64,000 nt of DNA from Nitrospirales bacterium (GTDB taxonomy: Bacteria; Nitrospirota; Nitrospiria; Nitrospirales; UBA8639): the NCBI GenBank assembly GCA_965223275.1, contig OZ244992.1, positions 2,993,134 through 3,057,133 of the forward strand. The letters run 5' to 3'. This document shows positions 19,529 through 28,856 of this stretch, one piece after another. Position 1 is the first letter of the stretch, and each line of letters opens with the position of its first letter. The position numbers were made by a program, and so were the translations under genes. The notes beneath the pieces were generated by a model. That model had not been told where the DNA came from and ran no database searches. It worked only from the letters and a program-made list of their open reading frames with translations.

Positions 19529-19948
19529 CTAATGAGGACCGTTGGCCGTCTTTTCTCGTATTTGATCAATGGCCAAGGATAACCTGGGAAGGGGAGTGGT
19601 TCCAGGACGTTTGTCAGTGACCTGACGCACTGCCGTCTCATAAGGCACATGTTTCTGGCAACAGAGATAGGCGATGACGAGTGAAGCGGAGCGTCCCAAC
19701 CCTTGTCGACAGGCGACCAACACCTGCTGGGAAGGCAAATGTTTGGTAAGCCAATCGATGCCATTTTCCAAGTCAATGAGGTCAGGTTGAGTGAATTCCT
19801 TCATGGGTAGTCGTCCGAAAAGGCAGTGTTGGGGAGGCGAGATCGTGGTTTCCAGTGCCGTCCATAATATTGCCGTGATGAATGGAGGAGGAGCTTGGGC
19901 GTCCCATTGGTCTCCGATGAACAATTGGCTGTCAATACATGTGATCAC
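19529..19948 (-). CDS. Dual-specificity protein phosphatase-like protein
   Basis: P-loop VLVACRQGLGRSASLVIAYL (CX5R). Confidence 0.85.
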   Translation of the reverse strand: MITCIDSQLFIGDQWDAQAPPPFITAILWTALETTISPPQHCLFGRLPMKEFTQPDLIDLENGIDWLTKHLPSQQVLVACRQGLGRSASLVIAYLCCQKHVPYETAVRQVTDKRPGTTPLPRLSLAIDQIREKTANGPH

Positions 19949-20137
19949 TCCTATCTTGTCGGCAAATGGTTAAAGAGACAAAAGGGGGGCCTGATTTTGG
20001 GGAGGTAAGAGGTTCCTATCGGATAGGATTCGGTTTTTTCGTCTTGCGAAAGGCTTCAGCCGTGGCCATCAGTTGCGTGAGTTCAAGGAAGAGGCCTATA
20101 CTGAATATGGCCTTCATTTCTGGAGGGTAGGGAGCTT

Positions 20138-20500
20138 TTGATGGTTGAATTGAGTGTTAGGCAAGTTGAAGGACGTCTGAGCCAGGTAAAGTGTGCCGTA
20201 TGTAAAGGCAATCGGTTTGGGATTGACTCCAGGACAGTCAAAGAGGATGGGGATTGGAAGGCCATTTGTCGAGATTGTTTTTATAACTTCTCCGTGTATA
20301 CGGATATGGAGTTTTATCTTCGAACGCAACCTGATGTTCCGTACCGGCTGCAAGAAATGACCTGCCCTTCCTGCCGGCACAGGGGCGTAATCCTTAATTT
20401 TCGAGCGGTGATTTCTGTTCGAGAGTCGGTGTATTTTCTGACCTGCCCATCCTGCCATACTCAATACACGGAAAAATCGTTTCTTGAAGTATTTGAATAA
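20138..20500 (+). CDS. Hypothetical protein with four CxxC pairs
   Basis: CAVC, CRDC, CPSC, CPSC; GGAG RBS upstream. Confidence 0.8.
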   Translation: MMVELSVRQVEGRLSQVKCAVCKGNRFGIDSRTVKEDGDWKAICRDCFYNFSVYTDMEFYLRTQPDVPYRLQEMTCPSCRHRGVILNFRAVISVRESVYFLTCPSCHTQYTEKSFLEVFE

Positions 20501-20522
20501 ATCTGTCAATAAGGATTTCTCC

Positions 20523-20735
20523 ATGAGCGATGCGGAAAAAACTCCCCCTTCTTCAAAAAAAACCCCAGAAGAAGAAACCGTGGCCCCAAAAGATGTGTCA
20601 CCTAAGCCTCGGAAAGAACTTCATGTGGTTTCCATCCCTCAGGAAGATGAATTGATGGCCGAGGAGATGGCCGAACTTTTTGACGAAGATCGAGTGACCC
20701 ATCGTCATGGAAATTCTGAACCTGAAAAAGACTAG
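20523..20735 (+). CDS. Small acidic hypothetical protein
   Basis: ATG 20523 inside ORF 20484-20735; follows the previous gene. Confidence 0.6.
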   Translation: MSDAEKTPPSSKKTPEEETVAPKDVSPKPRKELHVVSIPQEDELMAEEMAELFDEDRVTHRHGNSEPEKD

Positions 20736-21242
20736 TCTTTTCAGCTAGACCATTGGTTTAGGCCGTTTTTTTCTCGCCTCTAGGCCTATTCTTTCTTTTC
20801 GAAAACTCTTCCAAAAAAAATCCACTTTTTCTCAACTCACACCTAGTATTGGTGTGTCCACTAATTCGTATCTTAAGGGAAATTGAAAGTATTATGTAAG
20901 TTGTTGAAATAATTTATATTTTTGTGCTTATTTTTATGTAGTACTTAAGTGGAATTGAAGTATTATTGTATTTATGTGATTATTGTCTTGCATTTAATAG
21001 GCTAAAATTAGAATAAATTTTCCTTAAAATCATTATTTAAAAGTTTGGTCTTACGCTTCATATCCTAAGTGACTTCACTACGTAGGTTTATCCCTATGTG
21101 TCATTATTGTAGATGTGTCTTTCAGGTGAACACAAAGCGTTGAACCCTAGAAAACACCACTTGCACCATGGAGGATGGAGCAATCTATTCAAAGTCATGG
21201 TTCATGGAGGTATTTGACCATTTTTTCATTGGAGAAAAAATC

Positions 21243-21875
21243 ATGAGTCCAGTTGAACCCTCGAAACGGTCAAAAAAACTCAGTTACCAAGTCACTCATG
21301 CATCGGATGGGTCCCCTTTAATTGAGACCCATGACCATCCTCCCTTCGAACCGGTCGGAGAAAATGGAAGTTTAGATACGGTTCGAGACATTCTCTTCGG
21401 CGCACAAAGTCGGGAATTTGAAAAACGATGTGACCTTCTGGAGCAACAGATGCTTCAAGATCATGCCAATCTTCGAGATGAATTGACTCAAACCCTAGAT
21501 GACCTCAAAGGGCAAATTCAGAAAGAAATGCTCCAACTTTCCCAACAACTACAAGAAGAAAAAAAGACCCGCGTTGATACGTTCGTAGATTTGAAGAAGG
21601 TTGTACAAAGTTTTGAAACCAATTTGACGCAGGGATTTGCCAGGATGGATCAGGAAACCGCCTTGCAGGTTGAGGCGTTACAGCAAAGCTTAGTCGCGCA
21701 GCGAAAGGAATTAGATTTGCAAAGCCAGGAAGCCATGGACAAATTGGAAGCACATTTTCGTCAAGCGGTGCAGAATCTGATGGTCCAGAAGACGGATCGT
21801 GAAGTCTTGGCAGAAATGCTTGTGGATGTGGGCGTGCGTCTGAAAAATGGTCAGTCAGAATCGAAGGGTACCTAG
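21243..21875 (+). CDS. Coiled-coil hypothetical protein (first gene of GTPase cluster)
   Basis: LDTVRDILFGAQ motif then long heptad-rich helix; start uncertain (21168 or 21243). Confidence 0.8.
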   Translation: MSPVEPSKRSKKLSYQVTHASDGSPLIETHDHPPFEPVGENGSLDTVRDILFGAQSREFEKRCDLLEQQMLQDHANLRDELTQTLDDLKGQIQKEMLQLSQQLQEEKKTRVDTFVDLKKVVQSFETNLTQGFARMDQETALQVEALQQSLVAQRKELDLQSQEAMDKLEAHFRQAVQNLMVQKTDREVLAEMLVDVGVRLKNGQSESKGT

Positions 21876-21947
21876 TGTGATGGACGGTGCTGGGTCAAAT
21901 CCCATCTTTCAAAAAAATCTTTGGTTATAGGGTCAAAGCCAATTCCT

Positions 21948-23738
21948 ATGACTGCCTCCTCATCCTCACAATCCTGCCGCCCCTCGATTGAACCGTCCAC
22001 TCAAGAATCTCGAGGATTTTCACAACTTCGGGAGGTGTTACTGGGTCCGGAACAAACCCAATTACGCCATCTTCAAAAACAGCTTGATGATTTTACCTTA
22101 CAGCCTGATGCGGTGAGCCGGGTCTTGCCCGATGCTATTCGTTTGAGAGCCCAACGAGACCAACGACTTCTGGCCTCAATGATTCCCATTACTCAAGAGG
22201 CCCTGTCGGTGTCGATCAAGCAGTCGCCTCATCTGATCGTCGATACTCTCGCCCCAATCCTGGGTCCTGTGATCCGAAAGGCGACGCTTGATGCGATGCG
22301 TGGCATGTTGCAGTCTTTTAATCAAACGTTGGAATACAGTATGTCCTGGAACGGTCTCCAATGGAGATGGGAGGCGTGGAAGACCGGCCGGCCCTTTGCT
22401 GAAGTCGTGCTCCTGCATACCCTGCACTTTCGGGTGGAGCAGGTGTTCCTCATTCATAAACAGACAGGGCTGCTTTTGAACCACGTCGTAGCCGAGGGAA
22501 TCCAGGCACAGGGGGAAGAAGTGATTTCCGGAATGTTAACGGCGATTCAGGATTTCGTACGTGATTCTTTCGGGAGTTCCAAGGAAGAAGCATTGGAATC
22601 TCTCCGAATCGGAGAGCTCACCGTATGGGTCGAACAAGGTTCTCAAGCTATTCTCGCGGGTGTAATTCGAGGGACTCCTCCCGTTGAGCTCAGAAGAGTC
22701 TTCCGGGAAACCCTCGAGGTTGTTCAGTCCCAATTCTCTGGTCTGATTCAGCAATTTCAGGGAGACATCACTCCATTTTATGACACTCGCCTCTTTTTGG
22801 AAAACTGCTTGCAAGCTCAGTTTGTTCCGAAACCATCTCGAATCTCATGGGGGGTTTGGATGCTCCTATTGATGTTGTGTGGTGTTGGAGGGGTGTGGGC
22901 TGCTCGGACTTGGAACGAACATCAACAATGGAGTCGGTTTTATGAGGCCGTGGGAAAAGAAGACGGATTGGTGATTACCTCCACAAAAGAACAGATGGGA
23001 AAGACGGTGTTGTATGGATTGCGTGATCCGTTGGCTCGAGATCCTCAGGCACTTTTGGACAAGATGGGACAGACGGGTCACAATGTCTCCTTTCATTTCC
23101 AGCCGTATTTAGACTTGACCCCTAAATTTGTGGGCCAACGGGCAGAATCTCTGTTAGCCCCTCCTCAAGGTGTTTCAGTTCATGTAGAAGGATCTAAGTT
23201 GATTTTGCGTGGGGAGGCCTCTCACTCTTGGGTGAAACGTGCCCTTGCCTTCGCACCATTTTTACCTGGGGTCACAGCAGTCGACCACCAAGGGTTGGTC
23301 GATAAAAATTGGGCACGCTTTCACCGTCACCGTCAGGTTCTGGAAGGGCAAAAGATATTCTTTGAGATAGAAGAGTCACGAATTTCTGATGAAGAAAATT
23401 TCACGCTGTCTTCCATCCGCAAGAATATTCAAAGTTTGGAGCAACAGGCCAAAATCCTCGGTGTTCAACCTATCGTCGAAATTCAGGGCTTTTCCAGTCC
23501 CGATGGGTTGGAAAAGCTGAATTGGGAGTTGAGCCAACATCGTGCTCAAACTGTGAAACAAGCCCTTTCCACAGGGCCATGGAAACATATTCGCTTAGTT
23601 GCCATTGGAAAAGGGCCTGAGGAGGCAATCCTTTCAAAACAGAATGGTCTCGCCCGTCTTTCTCACGCGAGACGGGTTTCTTTCAACGTGAGAATTCCTT
23701 TACCAGCATCCGATACCGGTGGGCAGAGTACGTTTTGA
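21948..23738 (+). CDS. Membrane protein: cytoplasmic helical plus longin/roadblock-like region, one TM helix, periplasmic BON-like and OmpA-like domains
   Basis: TM WGVWMLLLMLCGVGGVWAA; OmpA-like VEIQGFSS.DG....N.ELSQHRA.TV...RRVSF; start uncertain (21921 or 21948). Confidence 0.8.
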   Translation: MTASSSSQSCRPSIEPSTQESRGFSQLREVLLGPEQTQLRHLQKQLDDFTLQPDAVSRVLPDAIRLRAQRDQRLLASMIPITQEALSVSIKQSPHLIVDTLAPILGPVIRKATLDAMRGMLQSFNQTLEYSMSWNGLQWRWEAWKTGRPFAEVVLLHTLHFRVEQVFLIHKQTGLLLNHVVAEGIQAQGEEVISGMLTAIQDFVRDSFGSSKEEALESLRIGELTVWVEQGSQAILAGVIRGTPPVELRRVFRETLEVVQSQFSGLIQQFQGDITPFYDTRLFLENCLQAQFVPKPSRISWGVWMLLLMLCGVGGVWAARTWNEHQQWSRFYEAVGKEDGLVITSTKEQMGKTVLYGLRDPLARDPQALLDKMGQTGHNVSFHFQPYLDLTPKFVGQRAESLLAPPQGVSVHVEGSKLILRGEASHSWVKRALAFAPFLPGVTAVDHQGLVDKNWARFHRHRQVLEGQKIFFEIEESRISDEENFTLSSIRKNIQSLEQQAKILGVQPIVEIQGFSSPDGLEKLNWELSQHRAQTVKQALSTGPWKHIRLVAIGKGPEEAILSKQNGLARLSHARRVSFNVRIPLPASDTGGQSTF

Positions 23739-24244
23739 ACCCCATCCAGAAAAAGATTTGTATGTTGGGAGGGTTTGGGGTAGGAAAAACTAGCCTGGTT
23801 AAGCGATTTGTCACAGGGCTGTTTTCGGAAAATTACCATACGACAATTGGGGTGAAGATCGATCAGAAACTCGTGACTCTCAATCACACGCAAGTGCTGC
23901 TCGTGCTATGGGATCTATACGGCGAGGATGATTTTCAAAAAATTCGCGCCTCCTATCTGCGAGGCACGTCAGGGTATGTCCTGGTTGTTGACGGAACTCG
24001 GAAAGAAACTGTGTCGACCGCGGTTCACTTGCATGAGTTTGCCAGAAATGTCATCGGTGAGGTGCCCTTTGCCTTGATGGTCAATAAGCACGATTTAACC
24101 CAAGAATGGGTGTACGAAGCGTCTATGCTGGATTCGTTAGCCCGAGAGGCATTGATGATAATAGAAACGAGTGCCAAAACGGGGCAAGGAGTGGAGCAGA
24201 CCTTCCTGGAACTTACCCGTCGTATGATTGAATCACCCCCATGA
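23735..24244 (+). CDS. Rab/Ras-like small GTPase
   Basis: G1 GGFGVGKTS, G2 TIGV, G3 WDLYGE, G4 NKHD, G5 TSAKTG; TTGA start/stop overlap with the upstream gene. Confidence 0.93.
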   Translation: MNPIQKKICMLGGFGVGKTSLVKRFVTGLFSENYHTTIGVKIDQKLVTLNHTQVLLVLWDLYGEDDFQKIRASYLRGTSGYVLVVDGTRKETVSTAVHLHEFARNVIGEVPFALMVNKHDLTQEWVYEASMLDSLAREALMIIETSAKTGQGVEQTFLELTRRMIESPP

Positions 24245-24253
24245 AACAGATGT

Positions 24254-24269
24254 GTCCGATATCTCGGAC
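24254..24269. promoter_or_regulatory. Palindromic operator candidate upstream of the sigma-54 activator
   Basis: GTCCGA-TATC-TCGGAC perfect 6-bp inverted repeat. Confidence 0.35.
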
Positions 24270-24402
24270 CATCTTTTGACCAATATCCCGGTCTTGCCAC
24301 CTACAAACTGACGATTCAGCTCTCTTGAAGGTTTGGGGGGAATTGATAGCTCCGACCTTGTGAATCCATAGGGTGAGATCTGATTACGAGAGTGTGGTGA
24401 TT

Positions 24403-26166
24403 ATGGCGAAGTGGTTTGATGCGTTGGTTGTTCAACGGGTGTCCAGTCATGTCTTTGAGCTACATGATCCCATACCTGACTGGTACCCTAGGAGTCCTGC
24501 GTCGACCGAATTTTTTCTTGCACCCCTGGATCTACTTCAGCAATCACATTTTCTTCAATCCTTTTTAGAAGAGGCTGAGAAATTTTGGCTATCAAGCGAA
24601 GAGGGGTATTTGCGATCCGGGCTATGGAGTGAACCTGAGTATTTTGGGCAGGACATTTTTTTGGAGGCCACGGCTGTCGTGGAAGAAGGGCGTCACCAGC
24701 TTGTTGTTCAGCAGGTGACATCTGACATCCATCCCTTGAAATCCGTGTTACAAAAAGCCCGTGAGGCCTATCTTCTGCACGACCGGGATCGCCAAGAATG
24801 GGAGCATGCCAAATCCGTCTTGACCAAACGGCTGCAACAGCACGAGCAAGTCAATGAAGACCTGACGACGATGCTGGACCGACTGCCTATGGGAAGTCTT
24901 TTGGTTGATCGGACGGGTCGAATACTCTATGCCAACCATCACGCGATTGAGTTGCTTGGTCCTCAGGCCTTGCCTCCAAAAGGGCAATGGGTGGCTGATG
25001 TTTTTGAGTTGTCGGAGGGAGAGTGGATGAATCTGAAAAGTGTGCTGGAGTTACCTCATGGAACTGGGACATCCATTGGATTTCCCGTTCCAAAAGGTTT
25101 CGGACGAAAAAGCGATCTTGAGATGGGCATTCATGATGGTCCTCAACATTCTTCCAACAAAGTGGTATTGATCAAGGAAGCGTTTCCTAGGCTGGCCACT
25201 CCCTCTTCTCCCAAAGGGTCTTTTCATTTCCATGAACTGATTGGTGCCAGTGACGAAATGCAGGGCTTATACCAAACCATTGGGGATGTCGCACGAGTAG
25301 AAGTTCCCGTATTAATCCAGGGCGAAACCGGAACAGGAAAGGAACTTGTGGCGCGAGCGATCCATCAATTAAGTGCACGAGCCAATCGAGCTTTCGTGGC
25401 CGTGAACTGTGCAGGGCTGACGGAATCCCTTTTGGGAAGCCAGTTATTCGGGCATAGGAAAGGGGCATTTACGGGAGCGATGTATGATCAGGAAGGATTT
25501 TTTGAGGCCGCGCAAGGAGGGACGTTATTCTTGGATGAAATTGGCGATATGCCACATCCTGTGCAAACGATTTTGCTGCGGGCTCTTCAGGAAAAGGAAA
25601 TTATTCGTCTGGGAGAGTCTAAGCCACGAAAAGTCGATGTGCGCGTCCTTGCAGCCTCCAATCAACATTTACAAGAGCTCGTTCGTCGCGGGCAGTTTCG
25701 AGCGGACTTGTTTTATCGCATTCGCGTCGCTCGGTTGGATTTACCTCCTTTACGGAAACGACCGGGTGACATTTCCCTTCTCTGTCAAGCCTTTTTGGAA
25801 AGAGGAAGGGGGCCGATGGGGAAACCATCTGTAGAGAGTTTCTCTGTGCACGCCAGACAACATTTACTTCACTACCCCTGGCCAGGGAATGTGCGAGAAC
25901 TAAAAAGCGCGGTTGAATATGCCCTGATCCGTTGTTCGGGGAGGATGATACAACCTGGGGATTTACCTCCAGAAGTCAGGTGTTTCATGGATGAGAGCAC
26001 TGATGCTCCCCAGGCAGAAGGAAAGGAACGAGATCATATCTTGCAAGCGCTTCGACAAACACAAGGGAAGCGGAGTCAAGCCGCGAAAGTGCTTGGTATG
26101 AGCCGTTCCACGTTGTATCGACGGCTGCGGGATTTGAATATTTCGTGGTCTCAGTTTAGGGAATAA
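24403..26166 (+). CDS. Sigma-54-dependent transcriptional activator (unknown N-terminal domain, PAS, AAA+, Fis-type HTH)
   Basis: [38 protein letters not shown]-terminal [19 protein letters not shown]. Confidence 0.95.
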   Translation: MAKWFDALVVQRVSSHVFELHDPIPDWYPRSPASTEFFLAPLDLLQQSHFLQSFLEEAEKFWLSSEEGYLRSGLWSEPEYFGQDIFLEATAVVEEGRHQLVVQQVTSDIHPLKSVLQKAREAYLLHDRDRQEWEHAKSVLTKRLQQHEQVNEDLTTMLDRLPMGSLLVDRTGRILYANHHAIELLGPQALPPKGQWVADVFELSEGEWMNLKSVLELPHGTGTSIGFPVPKGFGRKSDLEMGIHDGPQHSSNKVVLIKEAFPRLATPSSPKGSFHFHELIGASDEMQGLYQTIGDVARVEVPVLIQGETGTGKELVARAIHQLSARANRAFVAVNCAGLTESLLGSQLFGHRKGAFTGAMYDQEGFFEAAQGGTLFLDEIGDMPHPVQTILLRALQEKEIIRLGESKPRKVDVRVLAASNQHLQELVRRGQFRADLFYRIRVARLDLPPLRKRPGDISLLCQAFLERGRGPMGKPSVESFSVHARQHLLHYPWPGNVRELKSAVEYALIRCSGRMIQPGDLPPEVRCFMDESTDAPQAEGKERDHILQALRQTQGKRSQAAKVLGMSRSTLYRRLRDLNISWSQFRE

Positions 26167-26489
26167 AAAATAGGCAGGAAGGGAGTCTGTATCCGTTTCA
26201 CTTTTCCTGTGTCTGGGTGTTGCCTTCATCTCTCATTTCTTTTAACATCAGATGTTTGGCCGTAGCGGTTTGATGATTTGTTGAGAGCGGTTTTGAAGCT
26301 CCTTGACGGTCTTGAAAAATTCCCCTTTATTGCCATTGCATCCAATCTCACCCGAGTGTACCCCTCTAACGCCTTGAAGTTTCCATGACGCACTCCAGTT
26401 TTGCACTAACCGCCTGGATTATCACGTCTATCACCGTATGTTGATGCATGCTAACAGTGGTTCGATTGCTAACCAACGAAAGGATTCGT

Positions 26490-27547
26490 TGATGATTTAT
26501 TTTGTGCATGTGGTGTTGTTCCTCTTCTTTCTGCTTATCCCTTCTGTAGCCACTGCGGGTGTGTTGGGTTCCGTCGTTTTAAAAGATGGAAGTATCATTC
26601 ATGGAGATATCGTGGATATGATGGAAGGGAAACTTCAAGTGAAAGCCGCCTTTGGAGCCGATAAACCTTTTATGATCAAATGGGAAGAGGTTGCCAATAT
26701 TGCGACTAGTCAGCCCATTATTCTGGTTCTAGGGGATGATGTGCGGGTCACCGGAATCGTGGAGAAGGGCGATCCGGGGACTCTTCGACTCACGAGCAAA
26801 CCTTTATCCGAGCCGGTCCTGATTAATTTAGATACGGTTACCGCTATTAACCCTCCTCCTCAAGTCCCGGTCAAGTTTAAAATCAATTTAAATTTGGGGA
26901 CAAAATTCTCGTCTGGGAATACAGATGACGCACAAATTAATTTGTTGGGTGGATTTGTGGCGAGGAGTGAACGTCTTCGCGTCATCCTCGATGCACGGTA
27001 TTTCTATTCCGAAGAGGATGATAGGGTGACTGATCGAAATGCCTTTGGGACATTGGATCTTAACTATTTCATGACCCAACGATTCTATTGGGTGTTGGCC
27101 CTCCTGATGCAGCAAGATACCTTCGATGATTTGGATTTGCGAACCGCGGTGACGACCGGTCCCGGTTATCAGTTTCTTGAGAAAGGCGATCTTTCCAATC
27201 CCTATTTCACCAATACGACATTACAGGGGGATATCGGGATCGGTTATTTATGGGAAAATCGCAAAATTGACGAAGATAGTGACAATGCTGTCTACCGGTG
27301 GTCCTTACGCTGGGAATGGGAGCCCATAAAAAAGCTTACGATCTTTCACCAACATCAGGGTTTTCCGGAAGTGGACGATTTGTCAGCCTATGTGATCAAT
27401 TCACTTCAGGGTATTCGAATCGATGTGTGGGAAGGCATCAATATATCCGCACAGGTTCAATGGAATTATGATAATGACCCGGCCGAAGGTTCAAAGAAGG
27501 CTGATACCGTCGTATTTTTTGCCGTCGGATATAACTACGAGAATTGA
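26490..27547 (+). CDS. DUF481-like outer-membrane beta-barrel protein
   Basis: Signal peptide; alternating barrel strands; SGNTD motif; C-terminal FAVGYNYEN. Confidence 0.8.
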
Positions 27548-27918
27548 CCGTTGTGAGTTCATATATCTTTTTCGTGAGGAAACATTTAGTTGACGTTATT
27601 TTGATTATATGAGGATCTGCAGATTTTAATCCGGACCGTAAAAAGTTGGATGGGTCCACATCGTTTCTAACCGGTAGTTGTTGCAATGGTTCGTTTCTCA
27701 GTCTATTCTAGTCTGAATTCCCCCTCCTAGCTTTTCCCATTTGTTCCAAAAATGTTCTCGTGAAACACTTTGACACAGGTTTTGTGTCTTAATGAGAAAA
27801 GCTTACGCCGCTCGGTGAAAAAATTTTCTTATAAAACAATAGATTCAGCTTGGCATTATTTTTGATATATACAAACGAAACCAAGAAATTGATACGTAGA
27901 CCATTCAGAGGCTTTTGA

Positions 27919-28359
27919 TTGCAAGGGCTAATGGAAATCACATTAACGAAAAATTACTTGCAAGTCGCTATTGTCTCTGAGGATCCAATGGTTGGGGATT
28001 GCCTTCAAGGGATTTTAACGTTTCAAGGATATCACTGCTCTCAAACGATAACTTTTCATCAATTGATAGGTCACTTGTCTTTTGAGCCCGGTTATTCGGT
28101 GGTGTTTTTGGATATGGCGTACTTGATCAAGAAAGAGCAAAATGACGTTCAAGATTGCCTGGATACCCTTTTGAATTCCGGTACTTCCATCATTTTACTC
28201 GTTGATGGTGATTGGGTATTACACTGGGCCGATTTTATTCCAAAAGGGGTGAACGGTATATTGAGAAAACATTTGGACTATCAGCAGATAGAGTTGATGA
28301 TGTCTGAAGTCGTAAGGAACAAAGAAGCAAGTCTCTTAGAAGAGGTGGGATCTCTTTAA
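27919..28359 (+). CDS. Stand-alone receiver-domain protein (divergent)
   Basis: VAIVSED acidic pocket, VVFLD phosphoacceptor strand, GILRK lysine; no output domain. Confidence 0.65.
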   Translation: MQGLMEITLTKNYLQVAIVSEDPMVGDCLQGILTFQGYHCSQTITFHQLIGHLSFEPGYSVVFLDMAYLIKKEQNDVQDCLDTLLNSGTSIILLVDGDWVLHWADFIPKGVNGILRKHLDYQQIELMMSEVVRNKEASLLEEVGSL

Positions 28360-28378
28360 AAATCTCTGCAAATCACAA

Positions 28379-28497
28379 GAGTTTTGGCCCGGGCGATGAC
28401 TCGCCCCTGGTTTCTGGTTACGAATGGGGCTTTAGAGGGGGTACCCTTTCGTGGGTGGTTTCTAGGGGTGAGGAGTCGCCCCAGGCCATCAAAAACT
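28379..28497 (+). ncRNA. Putative structured RNA (long rod-like hairpin)
   Basis: 28391-28410 pairs with 28462-28481 with G-U wobbles and a tandem GA; GGCC/GGCC outer helix. Confidence 0.4.
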
Positions 28498-28856
28498 TTG
28501 GGGATAGTAATCGGCCAGTGATTTTCTTAATGAAGATCAGAGAGGGTTCGGTGTGTGAAATTATTTGAAATTTAAACGGGAATAGGCTTGAGCGTTTGTA
28601 TATTATGAATTAATCCGGATTTAACCAATTTTTTAATTGATGAGAATAGATGGCGGCTTCCTAGATTAGGAGGGCGCCATTTTTTTTGCTAGGATGACCC
28701 CTAGTGATTCAGTAACCGGATATAAAAGGTCCCTGTGTTGGAGGTGTTGTCCCCAGAAACGACTTTGCATCAATATCCCTCTCACCCTTCCAGGTTCTCG
28801 TTGTCGTAATCGATGACGGGCCCCCCTACGTGAACCTTCACCGAAAGGAGTCACCC

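Noticed and set aside
24241-24279. 12-codon ORF (MKQMCPISRTIF) overlapping the GTPase stop by ATGA
   Set aside because: No independent evidence of translation; it overlaps the candidate operator
28391-28481. Resemblance of the hairpin to a eukaryotic SECIS (AUGA/GA core, 11-bp helix) or to SRP/6S RNA
   Set aside because: No internal loop below the core, no apical AAR, no SRP GGAA tetraloop, no 6S central bubble, and no UGA-containing selenoprotein nearby
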